From an uncultured Thermoleophilia bacterium (GTDB taxonomy: Bacteria > Actinomycetota > Thermoleophilia > UBA2241): a stretch of 64,000 bases of DNA. Both the position numbers and the translations under genes were made by a program. Where the stretch lies: the NCBI GenBank assembly GCA_963713475.1, contig CAVQLY010000017.1, positions 37,606-101,605 of the forward strand. Direction: 5' to 3'. The notes beneath the pieces were generated by a model, which saw nothing but the letters and a program-made list of their open reading frames with translations, had not been told where the DNA came from and searched no databases. Position 1 is the first letter of the stretch, and each line of letters begins with the position of its first letter. This document shows positions 17,952 to 26,959 of the stretch, in pieces.

Positions 17952-19336
17952 TCACGCACCCTCCGCGCGCAGGCGCCGGAAGGGGTACCCCGCAACGTTC
18001 AGCCCGGTGACCACGCCCCGATCGTCGGTGAGGAAGCACGCCGCCTCCCCGGCAGGGCGCCCGGTGCGCACGGTCCACACCAGCGCGTCGCCGGTGGCGA
18101 CGAGCACGCTGGCATCATGCTCGCCGACGAGCGTCACCTGCCCGTCACGCCACTCGACGCGGACGACGCTGCTGTGGTCGTCGTCGTCCTGGTAGGGGCC
18201 GAGCAGGCGCTCCACCTCCGCCGGCGGCGGCGCGGGCGGAGCGGCCGGCTCCGGCTCCGGCCGGCCGCGCAAGGCACCGGCGGCCAGCGTCCCGAGTTCC
18301 ATGGCGAGCTTGCCGGCGTCGGCGATGCCGTTCAGCAGGACGATCGACGCCGACGCCGTCCTCGGGCCGGAACAGCGTGCGGCTGATGAAGCCGGGCACG
18401 CCGCCGGCGTGGCCCAGCCAGGGAGAACCGTCGGGTGCGGCCTCCGAGTACCAGCCGAGTCCCTGAAGGGCCGGCGGCGAGTCGGCGGTGAGGATCCGGC
18501 AATCCTGCATCTCGGCCAGGGATCGCGGCGAGAGCACGGGATGGGAGGCGTCGCTCCAGCGATCGGCGGTCATGGCGAAGGCGAGGAAGCGCGCCAGGTC
18601 GGCGACCGTCGACCAGAGCATGCCGCACCCGGGCATGAGGTCCGGGTCGAGTACCCGGGCGGGCCGAAGCACGTCGGAGTCCTCGCGGACGTCGTAGCCC
18701 ACCGCGCAGCGGTCCGCAAGGTCCCCCGTGGGATGACAGGTGGTGGCGGCCATCCCCAGCGGTCGCAGGACGCGCCGCTGCAGCACCTCCTCGTAGTCGC
18801 CGCCGTTGAGACGCGCCACGACCTCGCCGAGCAGGTCGAAGCCGAGGTTGCAGTACTTGTTGGCGCTGGACGGCGGGATCGCGACCCGCACGCTGCCGAG
18901 CGCCGCGAGCAACTGCTCGCGGCGCAGTTCGGCGGGTCGCGTGAGGTCGGTGTACGGGTGCTCCCCCTGCAGGCCCGACTCGTGCATCAGGAGGCGGCGG
19001 ATGGTCACGTCCTCGATCGGGGCCAAAGGGGTTGGTGACCTGGGCGAACTCCGGAAGGTGCACGACCAAGGGGTCGTCGAGACGCAGCCGTCCTTCGTCT
19101 CGCAACTGCATGACGCCGATCGCCGTGAAGACCTTGGTGTTGGAGGCGATGCGGTACGGCGTGTCGGCGTCCGGCCGACGCGCCGCGGCGAGGTCGGCGA
19201 AGCCGGCCGCTCCGGCCCATGCAAGGCCGTCGCGGCCGACCACGCCCACGGCGGCGCCCGGCAGGCGTTCCTCGCGCACGAACGCGCGGGTGCGGTCGAG
19301 CAGTTGCTCGGCGACGGTCGCGACGTTCTCGTCCAT
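17952..19336 (-). CDS. serine hydrolase / beta-lactamase-family protein (fragmented by >=2 frameshifts)
   Basis: Active-site S-x-x-K (IASNTKVFTA) in ORF 18332..19510; YxN-like region and HAGG(V) motif in ORF 18145..19224; C-terminal lipocalin-like tail in ORF 17952..18302; the three pieces are collinear. Confidence 0.6.
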
Positions 19337-19555
19337 CTCGGCTCCCGTGGCAGGTGTCAGGCCCGGTCGGATTGTCCGCCCCGGCCCCACCGGGGGCAAG
19401 GGCGGGCGCCGTGGCCGAGGCGCCCAGGCCGGACACCATGGCCGCGGCGCCCCACGCTCGCCGACTGCGCCGTCCAGACCGGCCTGCTGCCGGCCGGGGA
19501 GCTCCCACACTGACCGCTCCCCGGCCGGCAGCCGGAACCACCGGGTCCGGCCGGC

Positions 19556-20993
19556 TCAGAACTTCTGTGGCTGCAGGATCGCCCTGCCGGTGACCGACGC
19601 CCGCGAGGCGCCCAGCGACCGTGCCGCGCCGCCCGTCACGAGCTCGGTGACGCGGATGAGGAGGTTGTCGGTGCCCTCATCGAGGACCTCAGTCCTCGGG
19701 CCGCCGCCGAGCACCAGGCAGTGGCTCGACTCGGCGCCGAGCCAGATCTGGGCCGCCGGCCCTTCGAAGACGTTGACCGGACGGACCTTGCTGACGTCGT
19801 TACCGATGATGCGCCAGCCGTGGCCCGGCCCCCACGGGTACCCCCAGAAGCCGTAGATGTCGGTGCCGGCGTCGATCCCCGCGATCCCCGTGCCGCGGAT
19901 CCGGTTGCCGATGACGCGCACGCCCTCGGCCCCCACGCCGTTGACTCCGCCGTCCCAACCATCGTTGTCCAGGGTGATGCGGTTCTCGGCCACGACGGCG
20001 CGCAACCTGCTGGGCGCGCCGAGCATCCACGAGTCGTCCTCGAGGAGCACTCCGCCGGCGCCGACGACCAGTGCCGTCATCGAACTCGATCGTCCCGGCG
20101 TAGATCGAGTTGTGGTGGATGAAGTACTGCGGCGCCGGCAGGGGCGGCAGTTCGTCCACGGTTTGCGCGCCGACGCCCTGCATGATCAGGACGCCCTCTC
20201 CCCACAGCGTGCTCATGCGGTTGTACGAGATCTCGCTGCGCGAGTCGCTGTAGTAGTCCAGTTTGCAGGGCACGCCGGCCAGATCGAAGGTGTTGCCCAT
20301 GCCCGGACGCCCTCCGACGACCAGTCCGCCGCCGGTGATGCCGCCGGTCTCGAGGCCGTCGTTCCCACCCCGGAACGAGCAGCGCGTCACGCGATGCGTC
20401 CCCGAGGTGTCGTAGATGGCGACCGCTCCATCCATGTTGAAGCCGTTGAGCTCACCGTAGTGTGGCTCGAAGCTCACTCTGTCGAACGAGGAGCGTGAGT
20501 CACGGGTCACGATGAAGACATCGGAGAGGTGGTACCACTCAGACTCCCAGGCCTCCCATCGCTCGCACGGCTGCTCGTCGGTGATGTCGAAGCTCATGTC
20601 GGCGACGCGCACGTCGCTCTCGACGAGGGCGATGAGGCTCGTCCACTCTGCGAGCGGCGCCGTCCCGCCCGGGTCAATCGCCAGTTCGACCCCCGGAAGC
20701 TCCGGGTCGAGGCCTCGCAGGGTGTCGATGACCGTCCTGTCCATCCCGGCGCCCTTGAAGCAGCCGTCGAAGCCTTTCACGACGATCTCGTTGGTGTAGA
20801 ACTTGCCCTTCGTCAGCTTGACCACGCTGCCGGGCCCGGCCGCGACGGCGGCGTCGAACGCTTGCTGGAGCGCAGCGGTGTCGTCCCCGCCGCTGGGCGC
20901 GACGACGAACGTCCGTGGTCCGGCCAGGGCCGGCGCGGCGAGCACGCAGACCAGGGCGACGGTGAGCACGAGCAGAAGCGGCAATCTCTTCAT
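19556..20993 (-). CDS. secreted right-handed parallel beta-helix repeat protein (frameshift near 20075)
   Basis: Signal peptide MKRLPLLLVLTVALVCVLAAPALAGP; NxxG/GxxG beta-helix-like repeats (GNRIRGTGIAGIDAG...); C-terminal part continues in ORF 19556..20080. Confidence 0.5.
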
Positions 20994-21130
20994 GATCCGA
21001 GTCCTTTCTCCACATGCGTCGAGCGCTCGCCGCTCCGCGACGCGCGCCTGCCGGAAAGGCTGTTCCATAGGCGCTCCACTGCTGCCGGGTCCGTACGACT
21101 TCGCCCATCGTGAACGGTCGACGCGACGCC

Positions 21131-21156
21131 GTCTTCACCGGAATCCGATGATTCTC
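21131..21156. promoter_or_regulatory. copy 5 of palindromic motif (GTCTTCACCGGAATCCGATGATTCTC)
   Basis: ~135 bp upstream of beta-helix gene start; 70 bp from tRNA-Ile 3' fragment. Confidence 0.6.
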
Positions 21157-21207
21157 CGGCTGGGGAGGGGCGGCGGCAGTCAGGTCTGGCGGCGAAGAGA
21201 GGCCGCC

Positions 21208-21261
21208 ATCTCACGGGAGATCGCCGGTGGGCACCCGTGGGTTCGGACCACGGACCTCTTC
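21208..21261 (-). repeat. degenerate copy of tRNA-Ile 3' end (~36 nt) plus downstream hairpin ATCTCacggGAGAT: att-like scar
   Basis: cGGTGGGCaCcCGTGGgTTCGgACCACGGACCTCTTCgcc vs tRNA-Ile tGGTGGGCGCACGTGGATTCGAACCACGGACCTCTTCctt (5 mismatches). Confidence 0.55.
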
Positions 21262-21265
21262 GCCG

Positions 21266-22618
21266 TCAGTCGCCTTGACCGTAGGTCTGCAGCGACTCGG
21301 CCACCGCCAGCAACTCGTCGCGGGTGAGGCCGCCGCGGATCACCACGTCGAGCGGCACGTCGCCGGAGTGCACGTAGATCTGGGCGACGGCAGCCCAAAG
21401 CCCGATGAACACATCCGCGCGCGAACCGCTCATCGCCCCGCGCGTGAGTGTCACGCTCTGGCTCAGGTCGCCGGCGGTGAACGCGCCCCCGGCGAAGTCG
21501 TTGAGCCCGTTCGGACCGGAGACGTCCTCCTCCGACAGGATCGCGACGGTGAAGCTGCTGAGCCCACGCCGGTAGACCATGCTCACCAGGGGGCTGTGGC
21601 TGCGTTGGCCCTGGCCGCCGGCGAACTCGGCAGATGCGGTGACGTCGGTCAAGGTGAAGCCGTCCGGCACTTGGGCGGGGACCACCGGGGCGTATCCCAC
21701 GATGCCCTTGACTGCCGAGAGTGCCACGCGCTTGAACCCGTCGTCTTGCCGCGCCCGACCCGAGCCTCCCTGAGAGAGCTGCACCGCTCCCGGCCGGAAC
21801 AGCGACGGGTCGAGCGGTTCGTTGACGCGCACGTTCTCCATGTGGCGCTCCCACATCGGGTGGCCGTTCTCGCGCGAGCTGTAGCCGAACACCAGACCCG
21901 TCTCCTGATCGACGACCAGGCGGATCTCCAGGCTGTTCGCCGAGTGGTCGGCGAACGTCACCGTCCAGGACGGTCGGCCGTTCAGCGTGCTGGTGCGCAC
22001 GTCCATGCCTTCCTGGCCAGCGGCCAGCAGGGCGCGCAGTGCCGTCCCATAGCCGGCTCCCATGAAGTAGTTGGAACTGTCGCCGGCATTGCCGAAGACG
22101 CTGCCGGCCGGGAGCCCTGTCGACACCTGCGTGGCGACGAGGCGACCGTCCACGCGCTCCAGTGTCCACTGGGTGCCCAGCGCAGCATTGTGGATGACCG
22201 CCCACTTGCCGTGCTCGTCCTCGACGCGCCCGTCGCCGTTCGCGGCGAGGTACACACGGCTCCTGCTCGTGACGGGGGCATCGCCGTTCTGGTAGTCGAC
22301 ACCGATGTCGTCGGCGGTGAAGCTGCGAACGGCGCCGAGCGAGCCACTCATCTTCGCGAGCACCTGGGCGGCGAGGGAGATCTGCGGACCGCTGTCCCGG
22401 ACTCCGGGCAGGCCGAAGAGCACCACGGCTACCGTCACCGCAGCCGCCACGGCCGCGGCGGCGAGGCCGAAGCGGAGCACGCGGCGGCGCCGCGGCGCCG
22501 CGGCCGGCCTTTCTCGCTCCAGCGTCGTGACGAGCCGGGAGTAGTACCCCTCGGGGAGCTCCGGCACCGGGATGCTCGCCAGAGCCTGACCCATCTTGAG
22601 GTCGCGATCCGTGTTCAT
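21266..22618 (-). CDS. anti-sigma factor with large extracytoplasmic domain (450 aa)
   Basis: Overlaps ECF sigma gene stop by 4 nt; cytoplasmic N-terminus, single TM (VLRFGLAAAAVAAAVTVAVVLFGL); C-terminal ...LLAVAESLQTYG paralogous to C-terminus of 29549..31045. Confidence 0.55.
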   Translation of the reverse strand: MNTDRDLKMGQALASIPVPELPEGYYSRLVTTLERERPAAAPRRRRVLRFGLAAAAVAAAVTVAVVLFGLPGVRDSGPQISLAAQVLAKMSGSLGAVRSFTADDIGVDYQNGDAPVTSRSRVYLAANGDGRVEDEHGKWAVIHNAALGTQWTLERVDGRLVATQVSTGLPAGSVFGNAGDSSNYFMGAGYGTALRALLAAGQEGMDVRTSTLNGRPSWTVTFADHSANSLEIRLVVDQETGLVFGYSSRENGHPMWERHMENVRVNEPLDPSLFRPGAVQLSQGGSGRARQDDGFKRVALSAVKGIVGYAPVVPAQVPDGFTLTDVTASAEFAGGQGQRSHSPLVSMVYRRGLSSFTVAILSEEDVSGPNGLNDFAGGAFTAGDLSQSVTLTRGAMSGSRADVFIGLWAAVAQIYVHSGDVPLDVVIRGGLTRDELLAVAESLQTYGQGD

Positions 22619-23274
22619 GCTTCACCACCACGTTCGTTCGGGTCGCCCAGCAGGCGGCGGACGGTCGCTCTCGCGATCGAGACACGGGAACTCACCGTCC
22701 CCGCCGGGACGCCGATGATCTCGCCGGCGGTCCGGTAGTCGTAGCCCTCCTGGTCGATCAGTAGCAGCGCGGCGCGCTGGTCGGCAGGCAGAGCACCCAG
22801 GGCCGCATCGAGCCTCTCCCACGCCACGAGCCTGTCGAGAGGGTCAGATTCCGGCTCCACCGTGTGCTCCTCGAGAGGAGCCGGTTGTTCCAGCAACCCC
22901 GGCCTTCGTCTCAAGCTGTCCAGGCAGGTGTTGTAGAGGATGCGGTAGAGCCACGTGCCCACTCCCGAGCGGCTCTTGAACCCGGGCAGCGCACGATAAG
23001 CCTTGATCGCCGCGTCCTGCACGGCGTCTTCCATCTCGTCCTGGTCGCCGAGCAGCCGGTAGGCCAGGAGGCGAAGCTGCCGGTCGTGCATCTGGAGGAT
23101 CTCGGCGAACGCCCGCGCGTCGCCACGCTTGGCGGCGGCAAGGACGGCCGGATGCACCTCAGTACGCGGCGGCGCGGTCAGATCGCTCCCTCGTCTGGTG
23201 TGGGAAGTCCCTCGCTCAGCTTCGCCGCACGCAAGGTCCCCGCCTTCACCGATCGCCACGGACTTGCCCTCCAC
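22615..23274 (-). CDS. ECF (sigma-70 family) RNA polymerase sigma factor
   Basis: Region 2 (DAVQDAAIKAYRALPGFKSRSGVGTWLYRILYNTCLD) and region 4 (LPADQRAALLLIDQEGYDYRTAGEIIGVPAGTVSSRVSIARATVRRLL); N-terminal start uncertain (likely internal GTG). Confidence 0.8.
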   Translation of the reverse strand: MEGKSVAIGEGGDLACGEAERGTSHTRRGSDLTAPPRTEVHPAVLAAAKRGDARAFAEILQMHDRQLRLLAYRLLGDQDEMEDAVQDAAIKAYRALPGFKSRSGVGTWLYRILYNTCLDSLRRRPGLLEQPAPLEEHTVEPESDPLDRLVAWERLDAALGALPADQRAALLLIDQEGYDYRTAGEIIGVPAGTVSSRVSIARATVRRLLGDPNERGGEA

Positions 23275-23511
23275 GGTGCTACGCCCCCAGTCATCGCCGG
23301 CCTTCCACTCACATGGCGCCTCTACCCTGTTGGACGAGCGGCGGCGGCGATTCTCTCAGACGGAGGCGAGGACGCGCGGTCGGTCGGCCGCCCGCCCGCC
23401 AATAGGCACATCGACCTGGCGCGTCCAGGCGCTACACTCTGACGTGAGCGCCGCCCGCGCGGGTCGCACGCGGCGCGAGACGATCCCGACAGAAGGTCAC
23501 CGAGCGATCGC

Positions 23512-24285
23512 ATGGCTGTGGAGTTCCCTATCCTGGAGTTCGACGGCGAGAGGGAGGCTCTCATCGAGCCCTCCCGGATCATCGACGCCATCGACATCCC
23601 AGAGCGCTGTGTCCTGCCGATCTACCACACCGTCATCGACAAGTTGGCGAGGGCCTCGCGCCTGACCCACGTCGCGGACATCCAGACGGCCATGGGACCG
23701 TTTCCGGTCTACAAGCTCGACCATGACGGCGCCTGGGTGACCGTGGCGCATCCGGGGCTCGCCGCCCCCCTCGCGGCGGGCGTCATGGAAGAACTGATCG
23801 CGTTGGGGTGCCGCAAGTTCGTCGCCTGCGGCGCGGCGGGCGTTCTCGACAGGTCCCTTGCCCGCGGCACCGTTGTCGTCCCGTCGGGCGCCGTCCGGGA
23901 TGAGGGCACCTCGTATCACTACGTCGCGCCCGCGAGAGAGATCTCCACGGATCCGCGCGTGGTGGAGACGATCGAATCCATCCTCCGGCTGCACGATGTC
24001 CGCTACCGGGTCGGCAAGACGTGGACGACCGACGGCCTGTACCGTGAGACGCCGACGCGGATCGCGCGGCGAAAGGCCGAAGGCTGCCTGACCGTCGAGA
24101 TGGAGTGCGCGGCGTTCCTTGCGGTCGCTCAGTTTCGCGGTGTCACCTTCGGCCAGCTGCTTGCCACGGGCGATGACGTCAGTGGAGACGAGTGGGACCC
24201 CCGAGACTTGGGTTCGGAGGCGCACGCGCAGTTCTCCGGCAGGTTGTTCTGGCTCGCCGTCCAAGCTTGCCTGGCGCTTGAGTGA
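23512..24285 (+). CDS. nucleoside phosphorylase (PNP/UDP family 1)
   Basis: GAAGVLD...VVVPSGAVRDEGTSYHY and VEMECAAFLAVAQFRGV motifs characteristic of uridine/purine nucleoside phosphorylase fold. Confidence 0.65.
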   Translation: MAVEFPILEFDGEREALIEPSRIIDAIDIPERCVLPIYHTVIDKLARASRLTHVADIQTAMGPFPVYKLDHDGAWVTVAHPGLAAPLAAGVMEELIALGCRKFVACGAAGVLDRSLARGTVVVPSGAVRDEGTSYHYVAPAREISTDPRVVETIESILRLHDVRYRVGKTWTTDGLYRETPTRIARRKAEGCLTVEMECAAFLAVAQFRGVTFGQLLATGDDVSGDEWDPRDLGSEAHAQFSGRLFWLAVQACLALE

Positions 24286-24360
24286 GAGACCGAGGTCGGC
24301 GGAATTCGGGGCGCATCAACCCTGGGGGACGAGCGGAGGATCTGGCGGAGGGGAGGAATC

Positions 24361-24418
24361 GCGATCTCGCTCGAGATCGCTGGGGGGCGCACGTGGATTC
24401 GAACCACGGACCTCTTCC
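24361..24418 (-). repeat. copy of tRNA-Ile 3' terminal 38 nt (1 mismatch) plus its downstream hairpin GCGATCTCGCTCGAGATCGC: att-like repeat
   Basis: ctGGgGGGCGCACGTGGATTCGAACCACGGACCTCTTCC identical to 31499..31537 except one base. The hairpin parallels GCGATTTCGCTGGAAATCGC next to the intact tRNA. Confidence 0.7.
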
Positions 24419-24443
24419 CACCGCCAACGGCCGCCGGCCTGAG

Positions 24444-24854
24444 TCAGTCAAGCTCCTCGGCTGGACCGAAGCCACCGCCCGTGACGTGTTCCTGCCACGG
24501 CACGAGGAAGCATTCGACCTGCGCGCTGAAGAGGCGGTCGCCGAGTCTCCGCTGCACCGCCCGCAGGTCACGCTCCAGCACCTCGCGTTCGTCGTAGAAG
24601 AAGCCGCCGAGCCGCCGCTCGTAGGCGAGGCAGTGCTGATGCGCGACCAAATAGACCGTCCGTATCCCATGTCCGCGAACGATGGTCTCGATCCAGGCCG
24701 AAACGTGGTCGTGTTCGGGTGTGGAGTCTGTCAGCATGAGCGGCCCGCCGGGTATGAGCAGACGGTCGCCGTTCTCGGAGCCGATGCGCATCTCCAACTC
24801 GTGCAGGGTCTCGCGCAGGCGGCCGTCCACACAGGAGACAAGCAAGGTCGCCAC
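24444..24854 (-). CDS. hypothetical protein (136 aa)
   Basis: Clean ORF between two tRNA-fragment scars; no recognisable motifs. Confidence 0.35.
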   Translation of the reverse strand: MATLLVSCVDGRLRETLHELEMRIGSENGDRLLIPGGPLMLTDSTPEHDHVSAWIETIVRGHGIRTVYLVAHQHCLAYERRLGGFFYDEREVLERDLRAVQRRLGDRLFSAQVECFLVPWQEHVTGGGFGPAEELD

Positions 24855-24896
24855 GATGAGCGCCTCCCCTCGAGGATCCGTATGCGTTGATCGAGT

Positions 24897-24922
24897 CTAC
24901 CCCCCGACGCCACGTGGATTCG
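24897..24922 (-). repeat. short fragment matching tRNA-Ile T-arm (CACGTGGATTCGAACCACGGACC)
   Basis: 23-nt identity to tRNA-Ile T-stem/loop; flanks diverge. Confidence 0.4.
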
Positions 24923-24999
24923 AACCACGGACCAAGCTTCCGCTTCTCGCCATCATGGTCCGCCCACACAGATCGCGGATGCACCCAGCCGTGCTCGCT

Positions 25000-25782
25000 C
25001 TATGACTGCGGCACGGCCCAGTACGCAGCGTTGTCGACGACCGAGAATCCCAGGTCCTCATAGAGGGGCTCGCCGGCGCTGCTGGCAAACAGGTAGAAGC
25101 CATCAGCGGTGTCGTGATGCGAGAAGAGGACGGACAGAAGAGCTCTCCCGGCGCCTTGGCGCTGTCGGCCCGGCACCGTCGCCATCGCCCAGACCCCCAC
25201 TGCGTTCAAGGTGCGCGTGCTGAAGACGCAACTGACGGGCTCAGAACCGTCTCTCGCGACGTGGACCTCGACGCCGGAGAAGGGCGAGAGGATCCTGCTC
25301 CACGCGCGGACGAGCAGCTCTGGATCGATGTCGAAGGCCGCCGCTGCGACGGCGACGGCATCAGCCAGGCCGCCGGAGTCATGCACGACCTCGATCGAGA
25401 GACCACCGGGTCCGCCGGTCGGATGCTCCGGCTCACACAGAAGCATGAGAGGGGTGAGGTCAGGTCCTTGTAGCCCGATCTCCTGGGCGATCGGAGCAAG
25501 GCTGTCCGCAACAGAACCCGCAAGCAGGACGTAGCCGGGTAGTCGCCGTTCTCGCAAGCGGCGCACGCATGCTCGAAGGTCGGCCTCGGCGTCTTCACCA
25601 GCAGCCACGATCGCCCAATTCATCTCGACATGCGGCTCGCCGCTCATCGCCAGCGCCGCGTTGGGCAGCAACCATCCCTCTCCCCTCTGGGACACGCGCC
25701 AGAATTGGCACGACCCAAGGCCGCACAGGGTCCAGAGGGACGCTGCGGTGACGTCGGCGTCGGTGGTCATGGATTCCTCCAT
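25000..25782 (-). CDS. GNAT-family N-acetyltransferase
   Basis: C-terminal RQGAGRALLSVL...GFYLFASSAGEPLYEDLGF acetyl-CoA binding motif; start at MEESMTTD. Confidence 0.55.
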   Translation of the reverse strand: MEESMTTDADVTAASLWTLCGLGSCQFWRVSQRGEGWLLPNAALAMSGEPHVEMNWAIVAAGEDAEADLRACVRRLRERRLPGYVLLAGSVADSLAPIAQEIGLQGPDLTPLMLLCEPEHPTGGPGGLSIEVVHDSGGLADAVAVAAAAFDIDPELLVRAWSRILSPFSGVEVHVARDGSEPVSCVFSTRTLNAVGVWAMATVPGRQRQGAGRALLSVLFSHHDTADGFYLFASSAGEPLYEDLGFSVVDNAAYWAVPQS

Positions 25783-26669
25783 CTCTCGATCGGTACTGTG
25801 CACCAGTCGAGCACGGCCCGGCGAAACTCGTCGGGCTTCTCGTAGGCCGGGATGTGGCCGCAGTCGGGAATGACCACGAGCTCGGCGCCGGGTACGCGGC
25901 GAGCGATCTCCCTCGCATTTGCCGGCCCGCAGATGAAGTCCAGCTCGCCGACGACGACCAGCGTCGGCACGCGGATCTGGGGCAGTAGCGCGAAGAGGTC
26001 GTCCTGATAGGCGGATTCGTCGGAGATGGCCCACGGTTCACGGCCGAAGCGCAGATCGCGGCTGAGGCGCGCTATGTGCTGCTGGGCAAGAGGCCGCTCG
26101 GGGTGGGCGAAGTAGAGGGGCCACGCAGGGTTCCACGTCGCTTCGGGATCGTCGTTCTGGAGGAATCCGGGCTCGGCGGCGGCGTCCCAGGCGACCTTCG
26201 CCGCTTCGAACCAGGGCTCTCCAGCGTGTCGCTCGAAGCCCGCCGCCATCTCGGCCTTGGCCTCGGGCCCATCATCGACGTCGCGGCAGGCGCCCCAGGC
26301 GTCGATGGCGATGCAGCGACGCGTCGAGGCAGGGAAGAGCGCCGCGTAGGCGAGACAGACGGTCCCGCCCCAGGAGTGGCCGAGCAGCGTCACCGGCGGA
26401 AGACGGAGGGCACCGCGCACGTTCTCGTAGAACGCCGCCGAACCCCTTGCCCCGTACTCCCGCTTGTCACTCGGCGGCGTCGTGCCACCGGTGCCGGGCG
26501 CGTCGACCAGATAGCAGCGGAAGTGGTCGGCGAGCACCTCGCAGTCACCGCGACCGAGGGCGGCGTTGAAGCCGGGGCCGCCCTCGAACCAGAGCGCGGG
26601 TTCCCCGTCACCGACGACCTCGTAGGTGACCTGGCGGTCGTCGTCCAAGACGAGGATCTCGGTCGTCAT
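25767..26669 (-). CDS. alpha/beta-fold hydrolase
   Basis: HGWGG-type nucleophile elbow (LLGHSWGGTV), C-terminal PDCGH catalytic His region; start MTTEILVLDDD. Confidence 0.6.
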   Translation of the reverse strand: MTTEILVLDDDRQVTYEVVGDGEPALWFEGGPGFNAALGRGDCEVLADHFRCYLVDAPGTGGTTPPSDKREYGARGSAAFYENVRGALRLPPVTLLGHSWGGTVCLAYAALFPASTRRCIAIDAWGACRDVDDGPEAKAEMAAGFERHAGEPWFEAAKVAWDAAAEPGFLQNDDPEATWNPAWPLYFAHPERPLAQQHIARLSRDLRFGREPWAISDESAYQDDLFALLPQIRVPTLVVVGELDFICGPANAREIARRVPGAELVVIPDCGHIPAYEKPDEFRRAVLDWCTVPIERWRNP

Positions 26670-26800
26670 GCCGCTCCTCCAAGGCAGTGCGGGCTCCGCA
26701 TCACCCTGCCATCGCACGCCGCCAAAGGCCAGAGAGCACCGTTCGGCACCACGCAATCGGATCGCAGGATGGTCACACAACGAGGATCTGGCGGAGGGTG

Positions 26801-26900
26801 GAAGACGCGGTTTCCCTGGAAACCACCGGATGGCGCAGGCGGATTCGAACCACAGCCCCTTCGGTGGTCACCTCAGAACGGTCATCGGCGAAGAAACCGC
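26801..26900 (-). other. tRNA-like element (73-nt tRNA-shaped sequence with TTCGAAT T-loop; imperfect fold) followed by hairpin GCGGTTTCCCTGGAAACC
   Basis: Aligns with the hairpin+3'-end architecture of tRNA-Ile (GCGATTTCGCTGGAAATCGC-TGGTGGGCGCACGTGGATTCGAACC). T-stem and acceptor pairing are only partial, possibly because of indel errors. Confidence 0.3.
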
Positions 26901-26959
26901 GCCTCCCGCCATCTAACCAGACCATCTGACCAGAAGACGCACAGCCAAAGGGGGAGGTC

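Noticed and set aside
26801-26900. Calling the tRNA-like element a functional tRNA-Arg(TCT) or tRNA-Leu/Ser
   Set aside because: Anticodon stem has a G-G mismatch, the D-stem cannot be formed convincingly, and the 13-nt variable region is incompatible with a TCT anticodon isotype. It is kept as a tRNA-like remnant only.
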